Source: Candidatus Palauibacter sp. (GTDB lineage Bacteria > Gemmatimonadota > Gemmatimonadetes > Palauibacterales > Palauibacteraceae). From it: a stretch of 64,000 nt of DNA. Location: NCBI RefSeq assembly GCF_965237495.1, contig NZ_OZ250143.1:515918-579917 (forward strand). Reading direction: 5' to 3'. Shown one piece after another: positions 48,554 through 58,767 of this stretch. A program made the position numbers and the translations under genes. The notes under the pieces were generated by a model that was not told the DNA's origin, made no database searches, and was given only the letters and a program-made list of their open reading frames with translations. How positions within the stretch are numbered: position 1 is the first letter of the stretch; the number at the start of each line of letters is the position of its first letter.

Positions 48554-49051
48554 ATGAAGACGCTCCTCATCCTCCGGCACGCCAAGTCGTCGTGGGACGA
48601 CGCCGGGCTGCGCGACCACGACCGGCCGCTGAACCGGCGCGGGAACCGCGATGCCCCGCGCATGGGACGGCTGATCGCGGAGCAGGATCTCGTGCCCGAG
48701 CGCATCGTGAGTTCGACCGCCGAGCGCGCGCGCACGACCGCGGAACTCGCGGCCGCCGAGTGGGACAGCGAGGTGGAAGTCGAGACCACCCGCGCCCTCT
48801 ATCTCGCGTCTCCCCACGCCTACGTCGACGTCGTGGAGGACATGGGGGGAGCGACGGAGCGCCTGATGGTGGTCGGGCACAACCCGGGCATCTCCGCGCT
48901 CGCCATGCACCTCACGGGTGAGGTCGACTTCATGCCGACCGCCGCGCTCGCCGCCGTGGAACTGGACATCGACGACTGGTCCGCGCTGGGTTCCGCGGCA
49001 GAGGGCCGCCTGATCGCTTTCTGGAGGCCGAAGGCGCTCCCGCCCGACTGA
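48554..49051 (+). CDS. sixA: SixA-like histidine phosphatase
   Basis: LRHAKSSW, DHDRPL, SSTAERARTT, VGHNP. Confidence 0.9.
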   Translation: MKTLLILRHAKSSWDDAGLRDHDRPLNRRGNRDAPRMGRLIAEQDLVPERIVSSTAERARTTAELAAAEWDSEVEVETTRALYLASPHAYVDVVEDMGGATERLMVVGHNPGISALAMHLTGEVDFMPTAALAAVELDIDDWSALGSAAEGRLIAFWRPKALPPD

Positions 49052-49167
49052 GACGCGGCCGGAAGCGCGGCCCCAAACGCGGCGGAGGATCCCTTCCCCG
49101 TTCCAGAGGCTCCGGCATAGCTTCCGAGATGTCCCGCAACGTGCCGACCCGAGCGGAGGATGCCCCG

Positions 49168-50664
49168 ATGACCCGACCTTCGATCTACTTCCGGGCCGCC
49201 GCGGCGGCGCTCGTCTTCCTGTTCTTCCTGCCTCTACTGACCGGCGTTCCCGGAGCCGACGGCGTGCGGGCCGCAGCCCAGGAGAAGGCCGCGCAGGATC
49301 CCGGGGTCGGCGAGGCCCTGCACCTGCTCGACGTGTGGATGGACGCCGCGCAGGCGTATGAAGGGATCCCCGGCGCCTCCCTCGCCGTCGTGCACGACCA
49401 GGAGCTGGTGTGGGCGAAGGGGTACGGCTACGCGCATGTGGAGCGGAAGGAGCCGGCCACCCCGTCGACGATGTATTCGATCTGCTCGATCTCGAAGCTC
49501 TTCACCTCGGTCGGCGTCCTGCAGCTGCGGGACCAGGGGAAGGTGAGGCTGGACGATCCGGTGGCGAAGCACCTGGACTGGTTCACGATCAAGGACGGCT
49601 TCCCCGAGGCGGGACCCGTCACGATCGAAGGTCTCCTCACTCATTCTTCGGGTCTGCCGCGCGAGGCCGCGGCCCCGTATTGGACCGGCCCCGAGTATCC
49701 CTTCCCGACGCACGAGGAGATCGTCGATCGGCTTCCGTCACAGGCGATGCTCTACCCGCCCCGGACCTACTTCCAGTACTCGAACCTCGCGCTCACCCTG
49801 GCGGGGGAGATCGTCGTCGCCGCGTCGGGACACTCGTTCGACGACTACGTGCGCGCGAACATCCTCGACCCGCTCGGGATGTCGAGCACGTTCACGGATC
49901 TCGACGATCGCTTCCGTGGGAACCGCCTGGCGAGTGGGTACACGGCGCGGGGGCGCGACGGGAAGCGCGGGCTCGTGCCCGACTACCGGGTGCGCGGCAT
50001 CAGCCCGGCCGCCGGGTTCATCTCGACCGTGGAAGACCTGGGGCGCTTCGCCTCATGGCAGTTCCGCGTCCTCGACGGCGACGACTCGCTACTCGACCGC
50101 AACACGCTGCGCGAGATGCACCGCGTGCACTGGCTCGAGCCGGACGGGGAGACCACCTACGGGCTCGGCTTCTCCGTGTGGAAGTCCGACGGCGACACCT
50201 TCGTGGGCCACGGGGGCTCGTGCCCCGGCTATCGGAGCCAACTCCTGCTGCGCCCGCGGGACCGGATCGCTACGACGTTCATGACGAACGGGTCGGGGGT
50301 GAACGCCCGCAGCTTCGCCCAGACGGCGTTCGACATCGTGGCCCCGGCGCTTCGGCGCGCGGCGAAGGGCGAGGCGGGCAAGGCCGCCGACGGGGCATTA
50401 CAGCGCTACACCGGCGCCTACCAGCGTCCGCTGGGCGGCGAGAGCGCCGTCCTCGTGTGGGACGGCGACCTGCACGTGCTGTCGCTCCCGTCCGGCAACC
50501 CGCTCGACGCGATGGAGCGACTCCGCCGCATCGAGGGCGACACCTTCCGCCGCGTACGGGACAACGGCGACCTGGGCGAGGCGTTCATCTTCGAGGAGAT
50601 GCCGGACGGCGCGATGCGCATGTGGCGCAACAACAACTTCAGCGTGCGACCGGCCGGGTTGTGA
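49168..50664 (+). CDS. Secreted serine hydrolase, beta-lactamase/AmpC family
   Basis: SISK (SxxK), LLTHSSG, YSN, GHGG; signal peptide. Confidence 0.92.
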   Translation: MTRPSIYFRAAAAALVFLFFLPLLTGVPGADGVRAAAQEKAAQDPGVGEALHLLDVWMDAAQAYEGIPGASLAVVHDQELVWAKGYGYAHVERKEPATPSTMYSICSISKLFTSVGVLQLRDQGKVRLDDPVAKHLDWFTIKDGFPEAGPVTIEGLLTHSSGLPREAAAPYWTGPEYPFPTHEEIVDRLPSQAMLYPPRTYFQYSNLALTLAGEIVVAASGHSFDDYVRANILDPLGMSSTFTDLDDRFRGNRLASGYTARGRDGKRGLVPDYRVRGISPAAGFISTVEDLGRFASWQFRVLDGDDSLLDRNTLREMHRVHWLEPDGETTYGLGFSVWKSDGDTFVGHGGSCPGYRSQLLLRPRDRIATTFMTNGSGVNARSFAQTAFDIVAPALRRAAKGEAGKAADGALQRYTGAYQRPLGGESAVLVWDGDLHVLSLPSGNPLDAMERLRRIEGDTFRRVRDNGDLGEAFIFEEMPDGAMRMWRNNNFSVRPAGL

Positions 50665-50705
50665 GAGCGCGGGCCACCAGGGGGGGGCGGTGACCGTGTC
50701 CGGGA

Positions 50706-50987
50706 CTACCTGAGACGCCCTCCTATGTCGCCGCCACATAACAAAGTGCGGACTACTTCGCGCGTGCCGGGCAACGTCACTTTGTAGTGAGCCTTGGTTA
50801 ACGTTCGCCGCACCAGCGGGTGCAGGATTTCTCCGTGTCCCAGAATCGGACGCAACCGAACACGGCTGTCACCCGTATCCTCATTGTTCCCGGGCAGCTG
50901 CAAGGTACACTGCTGGTCGCTGCAGGATGTGACCCGGCAGGGGAGGGGCAGGCGCTCGCGCACGGCTCGTATCCAGTCTGACAGCCC
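50706..50987 (-). pseudogene. Short ORF downstream of the ATPase, possible degraded partner gene
   Basis: Open frame LSDWIRAVRERLPLPCRVTSCSDQQCTLQL...VRLRPILGHG...RTLLCGGDI directly after the ATPase stop; same lower-GC composition. Confidence 0.4.
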
Positions 50988-52063
50988 TCAATCCCCCTGC
51001 AACCGGCTGTCGATCGTCGCCCAATCGTCGTACAGGGTCTCCGCGACCGCCGGATAGCCGGCATCGTACATCCCGTTGTCGGAATCGAGCCGGAGTTCTC
51101 GCGTCTCGGTTCCGCCCGTCTCGCTGGGCAAGAACTCCCAGACTCCTACTTGGCTGGCGGGAAGCGAGATATCTCCAGCTTCGAGATCGCTTCGCTGGTC
51201 GTCGGACAGATCCGACATGCGACAGATGTTGGCCAACGCGGAAAGGATCCAGTCGCTGTGGACCGTGACAATTACGCGGATGCCGGCCGCCACGATCCGC
51301 GCGAGTTCGGTCGTGAGCTGGACCTGCATTGCGGGGTGCATATGGGCTTCCGGTTCCTCGATAATCAGTGTGGAGCCGGGCCTGGCCTTATGACGGAGAT
51401 ATAGCACGAGCGGTATAATCTCCGTCACCATCGACGCCGTCCGTGTTAGGGGAAGATCTTCCTCCCATCTGACAGGTCGATAGTGGACCGATGGGGGGCC
51501 GGCATCTCCATCCTCCACGCGGACCGATCCGCGAAGGACGGCCTGCTCTACATGATGCGCGAGAGCGTCTCCGTTCTCCCAGCCCGAGGGTTCGGCTGTC
51601 AAATCAACAAACATATCTCTGACATAGTCACTCAGGACACCGGACATGGGAGCGGTCAGGCGCTCTCTCGGTCCGCGTGTCGCCCTCTCAAGCAGCAAAT
51701 TGATGATCGCTTGCTGAACTTCGACTCCCACAGAACGAAGTACAGGCAAATAGTTCGCCGGCCGGGAGATGGGTCCCACCGTACCGGGCTGGGCCAAATC
51801 GGCGAGCACGAGCTCCAGAGCTCTGGGATTGATGGGACTACGGTCGATCGACTGTTCAGGTGCACGCCGCCAAAAGAAACCGGGTCGTCGCGCACGGAGC
51901 CAATAGGGTCCGCCCCGCTCGAGCCGAATCGGTGCATCCTCTTGAACCGACAGCTCCCAGAAAGGCTTATCGTGCACAATCTTGAAACCATAGCGAAACT
52001 GTGGCGGGTCCCGCGGGGTCCCGGGGGGGCTATGACTCAGCGCAATCGCAGCTTCGGAGCTAG

Positions 52064-53708
52064 GAGCCTGCGCCGCAGGAGCGCGGCGGAAGCCATCGGA
52101 TGCCGCCCGCGGGGTCTCGCGAGCCGAAGTGTCGGTCGTTTTCCGGACGGGAACGCGTTGTAGGCGGGGAGACGGCCCGGCGGGCGGCGTTCGGGCGGGG
52201 CCGCGGACCTCTTTTTGTGCCCCGGGGGACGCTTGACACGGATTTTCGGCCCCTCACGCTGCCTGAAGGACGTGGAGGCGCCTCATGTTGAGCGCCAGGC
52301 ACACGAGGTCCCACTCGCCGCGCACCTTCTCCAAGCCCCGGAGGCTGAACCTCCGGAACCCCATCGCCTCCTTGACCCAGCCCATGGGCGCCTCCGCGAT
52401 CCACTTGCGCTTGGCGTACACCGCCCGGCCCTCCGGAGCCGCCAGCTTCTTCGCCATGCGCGCCCTCGCCGGCTGCTTCTCCGGGTCGGGCTTGCCGGCC
52501 CCCTTGCCCTCCCGGCCCAGCGCTACGTAGCCGTCGATCCCCCGCGCCTCCAGAGCCGCCAGATCCTCCTCGTTACAGTAGCCCGCGTCGGCCAGCACCT
52601 GGCCGGGCGTCTCCCCGCACCGCCCGGACACCTCGTCCACCCGTTCCACCAACTGCCCCTGGTCGCTCGCGTTGTCCGTCACCGCCGTCCCCACCACCAG
52701 TTGGCTCTCCCCGTCCACCACCGCCTGCGCGTTGTAGCACTGCTGGTAGCCTTCCGTGCTCGTCCGCATGATCCGGCTCTCCGGATCCGTGAAGTTCGTC
52801 TGATCCTTCGCCTCCGGCTCCCCGTACGCATGCTTGTACGGCGGCCCCCCCTTCGGGTTGCGGTCCCACTCCGGCTTCCGGCCCCGCGCGTCGTCCCGCT
52901 CCCGGGCCTCCGCCTCCAGGCGAGCCTTCGCCGCCCGGATCGCCGCCAGACGGTCCTCCCGGCGCTTCAACTCCTCGGGCAACTCGTCGCCCCGAACGTC
53001 CTCCCCGTGGCGCTCGTCCTCCTCCGCGTCGATCGCCTCGGCCGCCGCCAGAAGATCCGCGATCTCCGCCTCCAGGCGGGCCTCTTCCGGCCCCATCCGC
53101 CCATAGCTCATCGCCTTCCGCTTGCTCGCGTTCGCGCGAACCTTCGTCCCGTCCACCGCCACCCGGCCCAGCCCCGCCAGCCCCAGTTCCCGTGCCAGGC
53201 GCACCACCTCCGCGAACAACGCCCCGAACGCCTTCAGGTTCTTCTTCCGGAACTCGCACAACGTCCGGTGCGCCGGAAAGTTCCCCGCCGCCAGCATCCT
53301 GAGCGCCACGTCCTCCTCCAGACGCCGCGCCAGCTTCCTCGACGAGAACACCCCCGTCGCGTACCCGTACACCAGCACCTTCACCATCATCCGAGGATCG
53401 TACGGGCTCCGCCGCCGCCCATCCCCTTCGTACCGCGCGTAGAACGGCGACAGGTCCGCCGCGTCCACCAGATCGCTCACATGATGCGCCAAGTGCCCCG
53501 CCGGTACCCACTCCCGAAGATCCTGCGGCAGCAGCAGCTGCTGGTCCGGATCGTACGGCCGGAACCTCGTCCTCATCCTCTCCGGATCGTACGGTAGGGA
53601 CCTCGTCCCCATCGCCACCTCCCCGCGCCGAACGTGAACCGGTCACAGCCCGGCATCACCATAACCATCCGGCACGCGCCGCACCATCGGCTTCTACGGC
53701 GCAGGCTC
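52064..53708 (-). mobile_element. IS1182-family insertion sequence, 1645 bp
   Basis: IRs GAGCCTGCGCCGCAGGAGC / GCTTCTACGGCGCAGGCTC; CTAG duplicated at 52060-52063 and 53709-53712. Confidence 0.93.
52254..53576 (-). CDS. IS1182 transposase
   Basis: YDPRMMVKVLVYGY, VAVDGTKVRANAS, NFTDPESRIM, YNAQ, LADAGY, RGLEKVRGEW; start could be 53612/53618. Confidence 0.93.
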   Translation of the reverse strand: MRTRFRPYDPDQQLLLPQDLREWVPAGHLAHHVSDLVDAADLSPFYARYEGDGRRRSPYDPRMMVKVLVYGYATGVFSSRKLARRLEEDVALRMLAAGNFPAHRTLCEFRKKNLKAFGALFAEVVRLARELGLAGLGRVAVDGTKVRANASKRKAMSYGRMGPEEARLEAEIADLLAAAEAIDAEEDERHGEDVRGDELPEELKRREDRLAAIRAAKARLEAEARERDDARGRKPEWDRNPKGGPPYKHAYGEPEAKDQTNFTDPESRIMRTSTEGYQQCYNAQAVVDGESQLVVGTAVTDNASDQGQLVERVDEVSGRCGETPGQVLADAGYCNEEDLAALEARGIDGYVALGREGKGAGKPDPEKQPARARMAKKLAAPEGRAVYAKRKWIAEAPMGWVKEAMGFRRFSLRGLEKVRGEWDLVCLALNMRRLHVLQAA

Positions 53709-54230
53709 CTAGCCTTGCGAACTAGGCCAACGAGCGTTTCAGAGCCGAAGATCCGCTGCAACTCATGAGCGAGCGCGTGGCCCGTGTCCGACACCTTGAG
53801 CGCTTCTCGCGCGAGAACCGCCACCTCTTCAGGGCAAGGGATCTCGCCATCTCCCTCGTCGTCGGCCAAGTGTTCCTCAAGCCACTCCACCAAATCGACA
53901 AGTTCAGGGGTCTCGCGTGCCAGTTCATAAAATGCCGCCGTTGCCGGCCGGCGGCTCCGGCGAAACGCCAGACGCCGCCAAAAGTACTGATGAAGGGCGT
54001 AGACGAGCCGTGCCAGATAGGATTTGCCCGAGCCGCTCGGGCCAACGAAGACCGTCAGCGGACGCAACTCCACATCGCCCTTCGCGATAGGCCCGAAGTT
54101 CTCGACTTGAAGCCGGAGATAACCGGTGTCGTGGCCGCCCATTCGGTGTCTGGGCCTCCTCCGTTGCCTTGTTTCCAGGGGAACAACACAAACACCCGAC
54201 CGTGGCCGGAGCACGATCCACATCACCAAC

Positions 54231-54923
54231 CTAATGCGCCCCGCGCCCCTTTGCCGGTTCGGGAATTGCAGGGGTCAGCCTGAATGACCCGGTGTAGACG
54301 AGGTCGTCGAGCGGGGAGTCGTCGCCGCTCCCCGAGTTCGCGGCCACGTGCAGCACGATGGGCGTCTCCGTCTCGGGGGCGCGCCACTCGAACGTCCATT
54401 CCGCGACGTCGTCGACCGGTCTTGTCCCGGCCCGCGTGTGCTGGACGTATTCCGTGTCGGCGTCCTCCGCCCGCACCACGGTGACCCTGTCGTCGAGCGT
54501 CCGGATCTCGCCGGCCCCGGTACCGCGGCGCTGCCCGTCATCGAAGCGGAACGACGCCTGGAAGCCGGCCGAGCGCATGTCGAAGCTCTCGAGGCGGATC
54601 GTCACGGGATGGCGCTGGCCCGGACGGTAGCCGTCCCCGAGGCCGAGCACCTGCAGCGTGGAGCCCGGCTCGTTGAGGGGCGCGCCGATGTGACAGGCGG
54701 CGCAGGTCGGCTCCCCGAAGCCGCCGGTGTGTCCCGGGGGCGGCCCCTCGATGTGTGCCTCGGTGTGTGCCTCGACGTGCGGCCCCGGCCCCGGGTTCGC
54801 GGCGGGGCCCGCAGCAGCCGTCGCCATCGCGAAGAGGCCCGCGGCGCACAGAGTGGCCGCGGGCCCCGGGGATGAAGCGATCGTCCTCACGGCGCGCCCC
54901 GCGGCGCCCGCCGCAAGGGACAC
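54231..54923 (-). CDS. Secreted Reeler/choice-of-anchor-V-like protein with CxxCH
   Basis: GHTGGFGEPTCAACH, YRPGQ, AGFQ, WTFEWRAP, VAAN; start uncertain. Confidence 0.7.
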   Translation of the reverse strand: MSLAAGAAGRAVRTIASSPGPAATLCAAGLFAMATAAAGPAANPGPGPHVEAHTEAHIEGPPPGHTGGFGEPTCAACHIGAPLNEPGSTLQVLGLGDGYRPGQRHPVTIRLESFDMRSAGFQASFRFDDGQRRGTGAGEIRTLDDRVTVVRAEDADTEYVQHTRAGTRPVDDVAEWTFEWRAPETETPIVLHVAANSGSGDDSPLDDLVYTGSFRLTPAIPEPAKGRGAH

Positions 54924-54933
54924 ACCCCACGCA

Positions 54934-55992
54934 TCAGCGCGAGCGCGGCGACACCACCGCCCGCCCGACCGTATTCACGTCGGCCCCGAACCAGATCGAG
55001 TCCGTGGCCGAATCGTAGTACATGTGCCGGATCGTGCCTCCCCCGCTCGGCACGTCGAGCATGCCCACGAACTCCTCCGTGTCCGTGTCGAAGCCCACGA
55101 ACCGGTTCGGCTGGATCCCCGTCTCGACCAGCCACACCACGTCGTACTTGTCGATCGCCATCCCGTAGGGCCGAGACTCCTCACCCGCCGGCAGGTCGTA
55201 CTCCCGCTGGAATCCGCCCGCCTCGACCACCAGACCGATCTTCCCGCGGCTGTAGTCGACGTACCAGATCCGGTCCTGCGAGTCGATCACGAGCCGGCGC
55301 GGCCGCGCGCCCTCCGGCAGGTCGTAGCCGATGAGCTCGAACGAGGACGGCTCCACCATGCCGATCAGGTTCGTGTTGAAGTGGGCGATCCAGGGCCGGT
55401 TCTCGGAGTCCAGCTTGACCCCGTACGGGCGGCTCGAGCCCATCCCGCGGCGCGTCTCGACCTCGGGCGCCTCCACCAGGCGCACTTCCCTCGAATCCCT
55501 GTCGAGGAAGCCGATCAGGTTCCCCTGCTGTACAGAGAACCAGATGTCGCCGTTGTCGTCCCAGATCAGCGTGTGCGGATCCCGCGCCCGCTCGTCGGGC
55601 ATCATGATCTTGTCGATCTCGCCCGTGGCCGGGTCGATGATCCCGATGTGGTTCGCCCGGTTGCCGGCGTAGTAGACCATCCCGTCGTCGTCGACGATCA
55701 GGTTGTGCGGTCCCGTGCCGTCGTCCATGTCGTAGCGCTTGAACTCGCCGCTGGCCGGATCCAGCACCGCGGCGTAGTGGGCGGCCTGTCCCACGAACCA
55801 GACGCGCCCGTCCGGTCCGACGAACGGGTCGCGCGGACGGCTCTCGGGGTAGGGGACCGTCCATTCCTCGATGGTGAGAACATCGCTGGCCGCCATGTGG
55901 TCCTGGGCCGCCGCTTCCGCGGAGCCGACGATGCTCGCCAGGATCACCAGTCCCGCCGCCGCCCGCGCGGCGACCCGAATTCGATGGATCAT
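54934..55992 (-). CDS. Secreted Vgb (virginiamycin B lyase)-like beta-propeller
   Basis: RPRDP, GPHN, DPHT, RPYG, RPRR repeats with xWF/xWY blades; signal peptide. Confidence 0.85.
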   Translation of the reverse strand: MIHRIRVAARAAAGLVILASIVGSAEAAAQDHMAASDVLTIEEWTVPYPESRPRDPFVGPDGRVWFVGQAAHYAAVLDPASGEFKRYDMDDGTGPHNLIVDDDGMVYYAGNRANHIGIIDPATGEIDKIMMPDERARDPHTLIWDDNGDIWFSVQQGNLIGFLDRDSREVRLVEAPEVETRRGMGSSRPYGVKLDSENRPWIAHFNTNLIGMVEPSSFELIGYDLPEGARPRRLVIDSQDRIWYVDYSRGKIGLVVEAGGFQREYDLPAGEESRPYGMAIDKYDVVWLVETGIQPNRFVGFDTDTEEFVGMLDVPSGGGTIRHMYYDSATDSIWFGADVNTVGRAVVSPRSR

Positions 55993-56070
55993 CTCCGTTC
56001 CTCCTCGATCGCTGTCCGCTGAAGCCGCCGACCGTTCGTTTCCGGCCGGCCTCGCACGCTATCTCGCACG

Positions 56071-57599
56071 CTATTCAGAAGACCCCCGATCTCGCGAATC
56101 CGTTGATTTCCGGGCCGTCCGGGCGGCCCTGGCCACTCCGGCCGTCCGCGGCCGGGCCGCCCTGGCCCGGGCCGCCCTGGCCCGAACCGCGCGCACCCTG
56201 GGGGTCAGATAGACATTGGCGGTCAGACGCCCAAAGAGGAAGCCCGTGAACGCGGCCGTGGCACCGACCCAGCCCAGCCCCCAGCCGACGACCACGAACA
56301 CGACGGCCACGGCCGCGATCTCCGCCGCGGTCGCGACGATGATCGGACCCGTCGTCCGGTTCCGGATCAGCGTCCCCCTGTGCAGCGACAGGATGACCCC
56401 GAGGAAGGGGACGGGGGTCAGGACCCGCGCCGCGGGAATCGCGAAGTCGGCCAGCCCCGGGGTGAGCCCCGACACGTGGACGAACCAGAAGTGGGAAAGG
56501 GGCGTGAACGCGATGAGCGCGAGGATGCCCGAGAGCGCCGCCCCGAGCCCGATCGCGAAGCGGCGGATCTGTGCATAACCCTCGCTGCCTCGGCCCAGGA
56601 GTGCGATCACGGCGTCCTGGAAGCTCAGCCCCACGGAGCGGAAGAGGAAGCCCAGCGAGTGCACCACGGGGAACACGGCCAGCGACTCGACCGGGGAGGC
56701 GGCGCGGCCCATGAAGAACGTCAGCATGGGCTGAATGCCGATCCCGATGAGCGAGGTGAGCGCCAGGGGCACGTAGAAGCGCCCGATGTCCGAGAAGCGA
56801 AGCTCCGCTCCCTCGGCCGGCCCGGCGGCCGGGTCCGCCGTCGAGACGCCCACCCGCCCGATCTCCGCGATGTCGTGCGGGTCGGCCGAGACCGTCGGGG
56901 GGTCGACCGCGCTCGCCGCCCGGTCGGTCGGGCCGAGCAGGGCACCGATCGCGCCCCGGGCCATCCAGCGGGCCACGACCGCTTCGGCGACCACGCCGAA
57001 GGAGAGCGCCGAGGCGCCGACCGAGGCGCCGGGAAGGTCGGTGGAGACGGCGAGCACGATCGCGGCCGTCGACATCGCGATCAGGCGCAGCACCGTACCG
57101 CCCGCTACGAGGCGCGTGCGCCCCGACCGGATGAGCACCCCCTGCCAGAAGCGCCGGTAGCCGATCGCCGCCGGCCAGGGCAGGAAGCACCACAGCGCCC
57201 CGTAGGTCAGGCCCGCGAGATCCTCCGGCAGACCGAGAACGCCGATCATGAGCCCGCGATGCACCGGCGGCACGAGCACGAGGAGGAGCAGAAGCGTCGA
57301 GAAGGCGTTCAGCCCGTGCGCGAATGTCCGCAGCCGCCGGTACGAGACCGCGTCCTCCACGAGCGCGGTCGAGGCGCTGAGCAGCATGATGACCGGCGCC
57401 TCGATCAGCACCGCCATCGCGATCGCGACACCGTACGCCGCCAGCCCCAGCGTGGGTCCGGCAGCCGCGCCACGACCGCCGCCAGATAGGGTCCCTCCAC
57501 CGCCATCATCAACCATGTGGCGGCGAGCGGCGCCCAGAACGCGAAGATCCCGCGGGCGGACAGGTCCTTCGCGGCGACGGCCCGGGAGTCGGAAGGCAC
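56071..57599 (-). pseudogene. MATE/ANKH-like multi-pass transporter with a 1-nt frameshift near 57455
   Basis: IFAFWAPLAATWLMMAVEGP..ARLPDP in one frame continues as TLGLAAYGVA...EAPVIMLL in another; one C missing in GAC-CC(C)-ACG. Confidence 0.8.
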
Positions 57600-57607
57600 G
57601 GAGCGGC

Positions 57608-58048
57608 TCAGTCCTCGAAGAGACCCGCCAGCAACTCCAGACAGGCGATCCAGCCCTGCCGGTGACCCTCCGCCGCTTCCGCGGCCGGGAATCCCTCGTG
57701 CGTGACGACGACCCGCGTCGAGCCGTCCTCCGCCAGGAATTCTACGGTCACCCCCGTCTCACCGACCGAGTGCTCCCCCTCCCAGTCCCACGTATAGACG
57801 AGCCGGTTCGGAGCGTCGACCTTCCGGTACACGCCGAAGGCCGTGTGGGCCACCCCGTCCTCGTCCTCCATTCCGATCTTCCAGGCGCCGCCCGCCGCGA
57901 GGGCGACCCTCGATTCCGCCACCTTCGCTCCGGGAGGAGCGGACCATCGAGCGATCTCCTCCGGCTCGGTCCACGCACGGAACACCGTATCCGGCGGGGC
58001 CGGGATCACCTTTGAGAGGCGGACTCTCGTGTCCGCGTCGGCGGTCAT
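57608..58048 (-). CDS. SRPBCC/AHSA1 family protein
   Basis: VFRAWTEPE, RLVYTW, VTVEF, GW..CLE.L. Confidence 0.9.
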   Translation of the reverse strand: MTADADTRVRLSKVIPAPPDTVFRAWTEPEEIARWSAPPGAKVAESRVALAAGGAWKIGMEDEDGVAHTAFGVYRKVDAPNRLVYTWDWEGEHSVGETGVTVEFLAEDGSTRVVVTHEGFPAAEAAEGHRQGWIACLELLAGLFED

Positions 58049-58173
58049 GCGTTTTCTCCTCTCTCACGGGCTCTGGCGCGAGCCGGCGGGAACAAGTCTG
58101 TTTTCGGTCCGTGATGGTTCCCAACCCGTCGGGCAAGGACCACCCGTGAAAACGTGCCTTCGGTGATAGTCGC

Positions 58174-58755
58174 GTGAATCCGGTGAAGCTCGTCATCCCC
58201 GCCGTTGCCGCCGCCCTGCTGCTCCCTTCGCTCGCGGAGGCCCAGGGGCCCGGCTCACCGCAGGAGAGGTTCGCCCTCTTCACCTCCTGCGGTCCCATGA
58301 ACGTGGAGGTCTTCGTAACCAACAGCGGCGGGCCGGGCAGGATCACCCGGGAGTCCGTCGCGGCGACCACGACGAACCGGCTGCGGGCGGCCCGAATCTA
58401 CGCCCCGGCCGACCAGCCTGCCTGGTCTCTGCTCCGTGTGACCGTCTTCATCGGCACTCAGGCAGTTCCCGGAAGAGCGGCCCAGACGGTGTACATCATC
58501 CGCCTCCGGTTCATGAAGCTCGTCTACGACCAGCTCAGCGATCCCCAGCTCGCCGCGAACCCCGGACGCCTCTCCTCCGACTCGCTCGGCGCCGCGCTCC
58601 AGTGGATCCACTGGGCGCCGACGTGGGAATCCCCGCGCCCCGCCATCGGCTTCTACGGCGGACGTCGCGACGACGTCATCACGAGCAAAATAGGCACGAT
58701 GCTGGAAGAGTTCGTCGCCGAATACCTGCGCGTCAACGGGGAGTCCTGCCCGTAG
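58174..58755 (+). CDS. Secreted hypothetical protein
   Basis: Signal peptide ending AEA-Q; two Cys near the termini (FTSCGPM, EYLRVNGESC). Confidence 0.65.
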   Translation: MNPVKLVIPAVAAALLLPSLAEAQGPGSPQERFALFTSCGPMNVEVFVTNSGGPGRITRESVAATTTNRLRAARIYAPADQPAWSLLRVTVFIGTQAVPGRAAQTVYIIRLRFMKLVYDQLSDPQLAANPGRLSSDSLGAALQWIHWAPTWESPRPAIGFYGGRRDDVITSKIGTMLEEFVAEYLRVNGESCP

Positions 58756-58767
58756 CGGGCTGCCGCT

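Larger units (their letters stand above)
50988..54142 (-). pseudogene. ABC/AAA_21 (AbiEii-like) ATPase, interrupted by IS1182
   Basis: N-part LQVENFGPI...VFVGPSGSGKS; C-part ASMVTEIIP, IIEEPEAHMHP, VTVHSD. Removing the IS and one CTAG gives a continuous ~501-aa frame (...LVRKASSEAAIAL...FKIVHDKPFW...). Confidence 0.9.

Noticed and set aside
49168-50664. Bona fide beta-lactam resistance gene
   Set aside because: SxxK/YxN/HGG motifs are shared by many peptidases and esterases; resistance cannot be inferred
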